A stretch of 64,000 nucleotides of DNA, taken from the NCBI RefSeq assembly GCF_018977255.1, contig NW_024704743.1, forward strand, positions 39,930,001 to 39,994,000, read 5' to 3'. The stretch comes from Callorhinchus milii (Eukaryota). This document shows, piece by piece, positions 52,956 to 64,000 of the stretch; the stretch's first letter is position 1, and each line of letters begins with the position of its first letter. The position numbers were made by a program, and so were the translations under genes. Under the pieces are notes generated by a model that saw nothing but the letters and a program-made list of their open reading frames with translations, searched no databases and was not told where the DNA came from.

Positions 52956-55082
52956 TAAATAATAATTGAGTTAATCTTCTCCCATACTCATTGGCTTGCA
53001 CATACCTCATTAGGTTTCATATTGTTAAACAAATTAAATTTTGCCCCCAAATATTCACTAATGCATTTATTCCCATGTTTTGTGTGAGAAAGTACCAGAA
53101 TACAAAACAGTTATTCAGGCCATTGTAATAAGCCTCTGTTGAGAAAAAAAATTAAATCCCCGTTTATTAAATAAATCTTTTCTTGAAGTATCTGAACCTT
53201 GCTTATAGTCAAACATGCAATTTCACTAAGTGGAGTTTAATTGCTAATTGTGACTTCCAGTTTGCAACTATTGGTTTCAGGGATTGCTGGGAGATCCACA
53301 ATTGGGGAATTACAAATCCCAAGAAAGCAAATTATCCAAAAGAAGGCAGGCTTTTGATTTTCTCTGACCCTACCCCTCCCCTCGCTCCCTCTGCTTGTCT
53401 AATTGAGGCTTGTTGCAGATCCACTGCCCTATCTGTAGCACCAATGGTGGCCATGCTTTCAGATTCTGTGCCACTATCCTCTACAAGTCCTTCCTTCTAC
53501 TTTTCTGTCATGACCTTCTCTATCTGTCTTCAAATCCACCACAAAACCAAACTCTCTGACTGTGCCTATGGTCATCTCCCCTTTCTCCCTCTCCCTTGCT
53601 CAGTGTCTGACCCATCACTGTAAAGCTTTTCAAAACATTCTACTACAGAAAAGGTGCTGTATACATCCAATTGTTTTTGTTATTGCTGTTCACTTTGCCT
53701 GCTTACTATTCAGTTAGATCATTTTCATGTGTAACTGTGAGACTCTCAGTCCAAAATTCATAAACCAGCAGTCATGATTACAGAGTCTGGCTTGCAAAAT
53801 CATACTTTTATTCCCACAGAAGCTTCTGCCCTACATTTTGATTTAAATAGGTGGATTATCAAAATCAATCATCCCAAACACAGTACTTTCACTTTGCAGT
53901 CATTGGTCTTAGAGGGAAGGAGTCAAAGGGAATTTAAATTTTGTGGCAAAAATTACTTTCACGTAATCCTGGCTGTAGCTCAGGGAAAGTGTACAACAAC
54001 AATATTAACAAAATGACATTTGTATATCATCTTTCACGTCAGGAGAACATCCCAAGCCATCTCTGTTACACGTTTATCTATTAGAAAGTGCAATAGAGGT
54101 TTAATACAGTGTACATTCCTCTCAATCAACAACTAGTTGCATTTTCTTTTTCCTTTATTCCACCAGCTCATGGGCACTGTTTCCATTACATCCACAGCAC
54201 CTGAGAGCAGGACATTCTGGGTCATTGATATCTCAAGGAACATCGCTGCTAATGTCAGTCACACTGTGATCAGAGGAACCGTTCAAACTGGGTCAATCAG
54301 GTGATTGGTTTCTAGCTCCATTAAGAAGTTCTGTCAATAAACAAAGTGACTCAACTACCAGGTACAGTGGGACCTAGACACGTACAAACTTTCAGCCAGG
54401 GCCTATCATTCTTTCATAGATGCAAACCTTCAACCTTGAAGCAGCATAATTTCGGTCCAATTGTTTTTGCGTAATATTTTCGCCTATTATTTTGCCTATT
54501 ATTTCAATGCTATTATTACATTACACCTTCCATGGACAAAGAAAACACACAGACAAAGCGTTGATCACCATAATATTTTATGAATACGTTTAGCTAAACG
54601 TTGGTACAGTTTAATAATAATAAAAAAAATCCTTTCATTTGGTATCCCTTCTTTCATGCAAGGGGGACATATCAAAATGCTTCACAGAATATATTGTGAA
54701 GTGCAGTGACTGTGTTTTGTAGATGCACATTAGGATAATTCTCAGATCAATCCATAAAACCTTAGGGTTAATGCAATAATAATAAACTGAATTGGATTTT
54801 GAAATACATCACCATCAATGCTTATAATGGTGATGCAGCTCTCTTGTCTCCTTCAAGACCCTTTTCAAAACCTTCCTCTTTGACTGCACCTTCGGTCACA
54901 CTCCTGCTCACACCTTCCCTGCTCCCATCCATCCTGATCCCAATCCCCAGCTCAGATACACATCATTGACTGTCCAGCACTTTGGAACGTCTTCCTGGCC
55001 TGAAAGGTACTGCACAAATGTAATTTGTTGTTGTTTTACTTAAATGCCTTGAGCCCCTATTTCAGAAGCAGCAAAAACCTAC

Positions 55083-55336
55083 CTGATGAGGCTGTTGGCA
55101 CTGTCAGGATCCTCAGCCATCACAGCTCCAATTACAGTTCCCAGTCTAGCATTTTCATAAACGTCCATTATATAAAATGGCATGGCAAACACGGGAGGTT
55201 CGTCCACATCTCCGACAATAATTTTGAGGGTTGCCGTGTCCTTGAAGGGGCCCAGGCTCCAAAAGCGGGGTTCAATATGAGTGTTTGCTCCTTCTATTTT
55301 TACAGTGTACACTTTCTTCTTTTCATAGTTCAGTGG
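55083..55336 (-). CDS. CDH18: Cadherin-18 coding exon (254 bp; PLNYEKKKVYTVKIEGANTH...GPFKDTATLKIIVGDVDEPP...AEDPDSANSLIR)
   Basis: ORF 55079..55312; acceptor catctag|CCA, donor CAG|gtaggt; LNYE and DVDEPP motifs. Confidence 0.95.
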
Positions 55337-55452
55337 CTAGATGGTGTGAACAGAACACATGGACAATTTACGTGTTAACATCCCATTAGGTTTAATATAA
55401 CATAAAGCCACACGAAAACATGCATTTCAAGTTCAGAATATGATGCCTTTAC

Positions 55453-55640
55453 CTTCTTTAGAATAATAACTCCTTCCCTAGTGTCTTTGTCAGTAGAGAT
55501 GGTGAAAACTCCTACACCATCTCCATCAATGATGCTGTATTTCATGTCTGCATTCAATCCAATGTCAGAATCAGTTGCCTTAATCTTACCTACAGCTGTG
55601 CCAACTGCAGACGACTCAGGGACATATAACTGGTAGTGCT
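55453..55640 (-). CDS. CDH18: Cadherin-18 coding exon (188 bp; EC3 N-half: KHYQLYVPESSAVGTAVGKIKATDSDIGLNADMKYSII...REGVIILKK)
   Basis: Within ORF 55375..55683; acceptor ttcacag|AG, donor AAG|gtaaag; HYQLYVPES and VGKIKA match CDH18 as I recall it. Confidence 0.95.
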
Positions 55641-56618
55641 CTGTGAATAGGTGGGAGGAAACATAATTGTCAGTTGGAGGCATGTGTCATCATAACATTG
55701 TATAATGTGCACAATGGACATATTAGAACAGTTATCTGCAGGGAAAACTCAAAGGCTGAGAAAGATTTCTTAAATTACACCATTTATGAGAAAGTTTGGT
55801 CACTTTCTGAATGATTTACTTCATTATCTTCATAGTATTGGTGTGTTCACATAAATACATAAAATCACTGTGTCCAAGGTGAGCCCCATTGTCACCCTAC
55901 TTGTTGGGCAAAGTAGCCCTACCCCTGCCATACACCACTGAAAGACAGGGAAAAGGGCCTAAACGTCCAATGAATATAGCAGAATGTTCCCCTTCACAAG
56001 ATGTTGTACCAGGAACAACAGCAAAATTAGACAGTTTGGTCAAAAGCATATTCAGTTCTGAAACCAACTTAAATGAGATCACTTTTGAGTATATTAGGCT
56101 ATTTCTGACAGAATATTTAGCAGGATTTTGCTAAAAATAATGGTTGAAGGTTGCTGGAAGGATTCCGAATCCTGAATCATTTACGTTGGTTTGTTACCTA
56201 ACTAAGGGCATCTCTTTGTATCTGCAAATAATCAGTGATTCTCAACACAGAATTGTTTTCTGCTATGAAAATATGAAGGGGTAAAATGTCCCAAGATTCC
56301 TGTTAAAACTATTTGACTCCAACAACATGGACTGAATATATGGGTGTTGGTGTAAAGGATTGTCATCTTGTACCAAAACAATACTGTGGCTGTTCACAGG
56401 AATCAATGATTTTCATAGACGTTATAGATTTTAAACAACAACAAATGATACCTAGCTTCTTATTTAGCTGTCTATCAGGGGCTGTCACACCAGGAAATAA
56501 GTGGCTGCAGAAATAAAGCAATCATTCGTGGAACCTACAATGTTTTTCCAATATGATACTATGGTTAGTTAGAGAATTTTAGAAAATGCAATATATTGAG
56601 TGAAAGATTAATACGTAC

Positions 56619-56786
56619 TTTGTGGGAATCTGGGCGGATTGTCATTGACATCAGTTAGCGTTACATTAATAGACGTAGACCCTGACAGTCCTCCTATCTG
56701 TCCGGCCATATCTTTGGCTTGAATAACAACAGAATATTGTTCCCTTGCTTCTCTGTCCATATTGGGTAAGGCCGTTCTGATGATTC
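56619..56786 (-). CDS. CDH18: Cadherin-18 coding exon (168 bp; second half of EC2: [55 protein letters not shown]); not in the ORF track
   Basis: Manual translation of the minus strand; acceptor tcttacag|GA, donor CAAA|gtacgt; DRE and DVNDNPP calcium-binding motifs; phase 1-1 and joins the next exon as A+AG = Lys. Confidence 0.95.
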
Positions 56787-56834
56787 CTGTAAGACATTGG
56801 AAAAAAAATCAATACTTCAGTGTTCACAGTATAA

Positions 56835-57290
56835 TAACAACAAAAACTAATATAGCACCCTCCACGCTGGATAGTGTCTCAGCGTGCTTAACAGTAGCGG
56901 AGCCTGATCTCCATGCAGGGGGGGAGGTTACTGTAAGCACGGTCAAAGAGGAAAGTTTTCAGACAGGATTTGAAAAGGGGCAGAGAGGGGGCAAGGCGGA
57001 GGGATTGAGGGAGAGTGTTTCAGAGTTTTGGGACAAAGTGGCTGAAAGCGCGACCTCCGATGTGGGTTGGAGGATGTGAGGGAAGAGCTAGTCGAGTAGA
57101 GGTGCTGGGTGGTGGATTAGGGAGTGAGGAGGTCAGGGAGGTAGGGAGGTGCCAAAGAGTGAAGGGATTTGAACACGAATGTGAGGATTTTGAAGTCAAT
57201 CCATTCACTGATGGGGAACCAGTGGAGCCTGGCCAGAACTGGTGAGATGTGGGTACGGAGTTTGGTCCGGGTCAGTATGCAGACCTTTAA
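56835..57290 (-). mobile_element. L2 3' fragment
   Basis: HISPVLARLHWFPISEWIDFKILTFVFKSLH and GGRAFSH motifs. Confidence 0.85.
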
Positions 57291-58489
57291 CTTTCCTCCA
57301 TGATGAACAAACAATACAGTTGATAGGCCACCTGAGCAAAAACACTCTGAATTCGGCATTTTAGAGACATCTGAGGAAGTAAACAGTGAAGGAAGAACCT
57401 CTTTACACACACACACACGCACATGGACAGATGGGCAAGTGAGTGAGTGGGGGGATGGGTGGATGGATAATAATAATTCACGAGAAGGCTCCATGATCTG
57501 AGAAAAACATTTGTGAGGATCAGCAAAGTCTTGAATTGGGATGTGGCGAATACGTACTTTGTCCTTTACCAGATAATAATACCTCAAAAATAATAAAAAC
57601 AGATAAAAGTAATAAAGATAAAAATTAATTAGCAATTATTAAACAAGCAAAACATTGGCATGTTTTATTTTAAAGAACCAGGGAAAACCAGTTTCCACAC
57701 TAAGACTGAATTTAAGAACTTTCCACAGTTCTTTGCAATCTTTAAGTTTAAGGTAAAATGATCTAACAGAGTAAGACTGGGTGGTATTTCAGGTCTGAGA
57801 TGCCACAATAGGAGATGTAATGAAGATGATGGGACAAGTCAAAATGGAACCATGAAAGTAAACAATAGGGAAAAGGAGCTGGAGGAGAATGGAATGGTGA
57901 ACAGGGTCAGTGGCAGCAAAGAGGTTGAGGAGGACAAGGAGGGGCAGTGAGCTTCAGTCTCAGTTTGGCAGAATATCCTTGATGGTTATTGAACATCAAG
58001 GTAATGCTATAAAGCGCATTACTGTCAAGATTTTATTTCACATACTGTTTCATCTGGGACACTTTTGATGTTTCTTTTTTGTGGCAACAGATGGAAGTGA
58101 ATGTTGAAACCTAATGATTTTCTTTGGGCAGTAATTTAATTTACCGTCAAAGCCAAGTTAACGACAGAATGTGCTTATCTATTACTTGCAGATTTATTTG
58201 CCACCCCTTACACACTGTTTCCAGATTCGTAAAAAGTAGATGAAAGTAATTTCACAAGCATAGCATGAAACAAAATTTGCTGAATTTTTGCAAGAAAAGT
58301 TCAGATACTTTCAATGATAGATGTGTGGATTCATTGAAATGTGACTTACCTCTGAGTTAAGGTGCAGCTATTTTGATGTGGTCCATATTTAAACAATCTT
58401 AAAAGATTTATTTTTTTAAGTGAATTTTACATTGAGGAATGTCAGTGCCAGGTAGTGGAAAATGTGATGGAGGTGAAGAGGAGAGAGAT

Positions 58490-58975
58490 ACTGAAAACGC
58501 AAAGAGGTAGATTTTCAGATGGCCTTTGACAACAGGGAGGGAGGGAGTAAGTCGGAGGGACCTGGTAATGGAGATCCATATAGCGAGTGACAAGTGGCTG
58601 AAAGCTCACCCACTCATTGTGAGGAGACGTAGAATAAGCCAGGGTTGGCTGAGTGAAGGGAACAGGCGGGTTGGTAACGGTAAGGAAGCTGCAGAGGGAG
58701 GGTGAAGCAAGATCATGGAGCGATTTAAATGTGAGGTCAAAGAAAGTGAACTTGATTGACTGGGGCATGGGAAGACAGTGGAGCTGAGGAAGGAAGGGAG
58801 TGATGGGCTTTCAGAGCCTGGTACAGAAGAGGGCATGGGCTGTAGGATTGTGGAGAGTCTGCAGCTTGTCCAAGATAGCGCAAGGAAAGGGTTGGTATAA
58901 TTGAACCTGGACATATAAAGGTGTGGATGAGGGTCCCGTGGCATGTGGGAGAGGTAGTAGTGGAGGTGTACAATA
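58490..58975 (-). mobile_element. Decayed L2 fragment
   Basis: SRFNYTN, QSIKFTFFDLTFKSLHDLA and KGHLKIYLF remnants. Confidence 0.65.
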
Positions 58976-59342
58976 TTGCAGAGGTGGTTCTGGTTTTGAA
59001 TTCCTCTTTCCCAACTACAGCTTCATCTCCTCTGAATAATACTTAGATCCATCATTTGATATGACCAAAGATTCAAAGCATCATAGACCTGCGTGGACGA
59101 CCTTTCAAAGCATAACATACTATCTTCATTATAGTCTAAGTTATAGTAATTCTAGATAAAACATTTTGTCCCAGAGCTGAATTTTAAAATACAATAAAAG
59201 TTTTGTAGCGCCTTTCATGTCAGGAGGGTGTCTCAAAATTCTTTGCAATGCTGACTGGGAACCTGTACTGGGAGTGGAGGCCAAAGCGAGTGAGGAGGAA
59301 AAAGATGACCAAAATCACAGTCAAGGTAAAATCCAGTACACA

Positions 59343-60287
59343 ATTACACTTGTGAAGCGCCTTTCATATTGGGAGGATGTCCCAAGGCGCTGAACAGTCA
59401 AAGATTAGGACCCGAACGGGGGGAGGGGGGGTTGGGACCACGGAAGGCAGAGAGGGTGGCTGAACGCAAGGTCAAAGAGGAGGATCTTGAGGCATACCTT
59501 GCAGGAGGCAAGGGGCTGAGTGAGACAAAGAGAATGTGGGATCGAGTTCCAGAGGGTGGGGGCAGAGAGGCTGATGGCCTGACTGTCGATGGTGGGACGG
59601 ACTGGACGGGGGACATGGAGCAGGCTGGAGCTTGCTGAGCAGAGAAGTTGATAAGGTGTTAGCAGTTTGGAGAGGTAGGAGGGGGCAAGGCCAAGTGAGG
59701 ACAAGAATTTTTAACTCGATCCTCTGGGGGATCGGGAGCCAGTGGAGCCGGGTGCGGATGGGGGTGATGGGGTCATGGAGCCTGGTACAGGAGGAGACAC
59801 ACACTGCAGAGTTCTGAATGATCTGCAGCTTGTGGAGGGAAGAGTTGGGAAGTCCGACAAGCAGGGTGGTGGCATAGTCGATCCTGATTGTAATGAAGGC
59901 GTGTAAGAAGATTTTGGCGGCCTGAGGGGAAGGCAGTGGCAGAGTCGGGCAATGTTTTGGAAGTGGAGGAAGGCAGAGCAGTTCATGGCATGGATGTGGG
60001 GGAGAAAGGTCAGTTGAGGGTCGAACAAGATGCTTAGCTTCCTGACTGGCTTGGTGAGGTGGAGTGTGCATCCTTGGATGCTGATGCTGCCAGTGCCTGA
60101 GGTGCAGAGGCGCTGGCGCGAGCCAATCAGGAGAGCCTCGGCCTTGCTGTCGTTCAACTGTAGAAAGTTAGCTTTCATCTAGGACTTGATGTCTGACAGA
60201 CAGTCTGTCAGGATATCAGTGGTCCTGGGGTCTTGGGTGGAGGCAGAGAGATAGAGTTAGGTTTCATACGCATACATGTGGAAGTTA
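59343..60287 (-). mobile_element. L2 LINE 3' fragment
   Basis: MKANFLQLNDSKAEALLIG, HAFITIRIDY, LHWLPIPQRIELK and APTLWNSIP motifs; L2 tail. Confidence 0.92.
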
Positions 60288-62772
60288 GGTATATTTTGTA
60301 AACAAAACACCTCTGCAGGTAAATAAACCTACATGTTATAGAATGTCACACTCATCTGTAGAGCTCAGTGATCCTCCATTCAAAACCAGGTATGATAATA
60401 TAATTCTGTGCTGTATATTGTAGTTTGGGTGCCACTGCCCCTACATCCTTGGTATTAATTGAATAACTTAGGCTCATACATATTTAACAAAATATTGTAT
60501 ATTGCATTACATGAAACTACCTATTTCATTTTGACCCCTGTTCAATCAATAAACTATTACAGTTGCAAGCTTAACATTCAATTCATTAACAATGACAGAT
60601 ACGTTATTGGATGTAATTTTGCTGTTCATGAGAATGGAGCATTGGCACTGGACTGGCTGCTTCTAGCTGCTCTCCTTTTTCATTGTGGATATGGATTACA
60701 GCTTCCTTATAGCTGTGAAGATGTGAAGCTTTCAATTTTGATTTGTACCTCACTTCACAGTGTTAGTAAAGGCAAGGACTGTTGTTCATCCACTAGACTG
60801 AGTGGCATCCTGATAAACATTTAACAATTTGTAATTACTCAGCTTTCAGTGTTCAGTAATTCCAATATTTGTTTCTCCCTTTTACTGAAATTCAGTGTGC
60901 AGTTAATCATCATCCAGTAAAGGGACTATTCACTAAATAACTATTTAAAGAATAGAGTTTTTGTGTTACTGTATCTCATATGCCAGTCACATTTATAATA
61001 TGATTTTATTGAGACATGTTAATCATTTAAAATATGAAATAAAAAGCAATCATCGAAACTGAGAACAGCAGATTGTTTAGTGCATGAGGTGTAATAAAGA
61101 AGGGTTGTGGCAGAACAGATATGAAAGGATTAAAATATTAATTCAGTGAGGCTAGGGCTATTCATGGTGTTCGTATATCTAATGATAATTGACACCCAGG
61201 TTGAGAGTGAAGAGGTTTTGATGTGTTTGCATATTAAATTCAGGTTAGTTGACTTGCTAAAGCGCTTTAATATTGCAAAATTTATGATGTTAAATGGCCC
61301 TTAAAATGGATTCTATAGAAAAAAATAAGGCATAGGATTTGGCAATTCTATTCTTTTATAATACAAGTACTATACTTATGATTTTAATGGATTATTTTGT
61401 GAAATAGTCTAATAAAAAGGAGATTTCAACCAATTTACTCAACAAAGTGCACATGAAATACAGTATTACGGTGAGTCCTTAAAGCATGCCTTATTGAAAA
61501 CAATCAGGTATTTAATATACATATAATAATAATCCTTGGATTTGATAAAGCGCTTTTCATGTTTTCTAGATGTGTCAAAGGACTTCACAGAGTATAAATA
61601 CAACATAATGAAATAACTTCTTTTGCAAGTGTTCATCATATTCATAAACAATGGAGAGTTTATCACATAATAATTATATCATTTTTACCTTTGTCAATGG
61701 AACAGGACTTCAGGCATGTCAAACCATAACAATCACAAGAGAGAATTTGTTTTTAAAATTTCATTTGAAATTGCCTGATGTCTCTTTCCTTCTGCATTCT
61801 TTTGGTTAAGCATATATACGGTAATTGAGATCCATAAAACCTTAACTTGTGCTATAATAAGGTTTCACCGTATATGCCCACACCTCGGTAGCTTGCTCCC
61901 AGCATGCAGGCTGGTTTCCAAACTTAAGATAAAGGCTAACTTCAAGATTATCAGATTGTTTACCAATGTTACTTCCTATGTGCATCCCAATCACTATGTA
62001 TATGCTTACTACAAAGGGTCTCAGTATACACAAAGCAGAAAACATTATTGGCAGTGTCTGATGTCCAAGAAGTTATCTTGTTTCAACACAAAAATCTAAA
62101 AATCTGACTTTTAGGTCATCAGACTTCTGCCTAAATCACGAGAATTGGCTGTTTCGTTCACCTAAAATAAACAGTTTACACTTCACAGTATATTTCTGTG
62201 AAGTGCTTTGAGATGTCTCGACAAAGTGATAAAGCACTACATCAAATGCAAGGATTATTTATATATTATTATTGTGCTCTTGCACTACATAAAAATTCAC
62301 CAATTGTTGAATTACCTTGATTTATCATCTCATTTGAAAGATGGCACTTCCAACAGTACAACACCACTCCAGCATCACATTGGTGGGAAATACCTTGGCA
62401 AATCCTACTCCCTACTGCCTATCCTGGGATGGATTATTTCACTAATAATGATATCATGTGAAAAGGTATAGTATTTTTTACTACCTTTTGCAATTTTCTT
62501 TGGGTCAGTACATATTGTAATACAGAGTTCCATGCATCAAGCACCTATTATAAATTTAATGATAACCTTTCAAAAAACAATTTTTAAAAGAAAACTTTGA
62601 ATGAATCGTTTCATTCCAATGTCTCCCAACTACAAAATCAATTAGTACAATAGTCATTTTCAATTAAATAGATTGCACACTCAAAGAACGTTAATTAACA
62701 ATACTGATTCATCTTTACCGGATGATGATGTTTTAAACGCTTCTTTTGTATTATTGCTTTAGGATAAGTTAA

Positions 62773-63130
62773 ATAATAATAATAATTCTTGCATTTGCTT
62801 TAGTGCCTAATCATGTCTTTGATATGTCTCAAAGTGCTTCGCAGAATGTACTGTAAAGTGTATTGACTGTATATTTGTGGGCTAACCACGGCAACCAATT
62901 GTGCACGGCAGTGTCCCACAGCAGTCGTGGATTGAGTGACCAACTTATTATTGTTTTTTTGAAGGGATTGTTACCCCTGGAAAAGCGATCCAGGTTCCTA
63001 CTTACTGCTTGTTAAACAGAGGCATGTGGAGTAAGGAAATTTGCCAAAGGTTTCACCCTGCCTGGGAATCGAATCCAGGTCCTCTCGCTTGCAAGACGAG
63101 TGCTCTAACTACTAAGCTATAGGACTTCAC
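62773..63130 (-). mobile_element. tRNA-derived SINE (long subfamily)
   Basis: Head gtgaagtcctatagcttagtagttagagcactcg, aagtaggaacc insert, Deu core and ATT tail. Confidence 0.88.
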
Positions 63131-64000
63131 AAATACTCATCAGGTAATTCATTGACAGAAAAGAGGAAATGGAATCAGAAGTATCCTGGGTAGCTATTCT
63201 TAGCTCACGTTCCTATAGATTACCTTTAAAGACTCCATAGCAACATAGTATGTGTCCACGGTGTGCAGCTCAGTTTAATTTTTTTTAATAATATGCTTGC
63301 ACAAGGTTCACTAAACCATTGTATCACAAGTTAACAGACAATGAAATTCCTTTCAACAAAAATGTATCAATAAATTGGATGACTTTCTTAAATCATTGTA
63401 CAAATTGATATCCAATAATTAAACCACGATATATATGAATTTTGTGTTTGTATTTCCTAATCTCTGGAGTGCTCTCAAAATCCCTCTGCCTGCTTTCAAA
63501 ATTCTCCTATTTTCAAAAAGAAAAGGGAGTTTCTCTCTGTGTCCTGGCTATCAACCACCCCAGATAAAATTAGTCAGTCACTTAATTCATGGCTGTTTGT
63601 GGGACATTGCTGTGCACAAATTGGCTGCCACATTCACCTATGAAAATGGAGTTACTATACTTTACAGTAAATCTTGTGAAGCGCTTTGAGTCATCCTCCC
63701 AACATGAAAGGGGCTATTGAGTTGGTGTATTTTCCTGACTTTCCAAACAAAGCAAGGACTTGTAAGATGTTTGGAATAAAATGTTTTTTTCTGTTGCAAT
63801 CAACTCTTTAGGTATCTCAGTCCTTTATCTTTGCTTTTTATTCAGTTCACGTCCTGACAAGAACAAATAGTTCAGATCATGGTTTCTGCAAAGAATATTG
63901 TCAGATGTAGAACTTATATTTTGCTTTGATCATAAATTACAGAGGTACTTTCCAGTCAATTTCAGCACTTCGCGTGCAAAAGGACATCTCAGCATTAAAA

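Noticed and set aside
54586..54601. Perfect 16-bp palindrome acgtttagctaaacgt
   Set aside because: About one palindrome with 8-bp arms is expected by chance in 64 kb
56790..64000. Searched for the next upstream (about 120-bp) CDH18 exon with a DADDPTYGNSA-type motif
   Set aside because: Not found by eye; it probably lies beyond the window

Overview
Eukaryotic (vertebrate) genomic DNA, AT-rich and repeat-dense. The repeat content (tRNA-derived DeuSINE-type SINEs with L2 tails, CR1, L2 and Penelope-like elements) points to a cartilaginous fish, most likely a chimaera such as the elephant shark; this is inference. The minus strand carries the last eight coding exons of a type II classical cadherin, cadherin-18 (CDH18), from 56786 to the stop codon at 25693. 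Exon sizes are 168/188/254/137/122/118/252/491 bp, all introns are GT-AG and the frames join correctly; the 168-bp exon is missing from the ORF track. The 5' exons were not found and probably lie beyond the window. Positions 1 to about 25 kb appear intergenic. Most other ORFs in the track are retroelement fragments or noise. The most notable observations are: a decayed Penelope-like element (RT plus GIY-YIG) with an inverted terminal copy and a minimal hammerhead-ribozyme motif; a palindromic mini-element made of the same terminus; a perfect 20-bp-arm hairpin fused to a SINE head within an inverted SINE pair; and an old palindromic MITE-like family. I found no convincing evidence of a wholly new protein-coding system.
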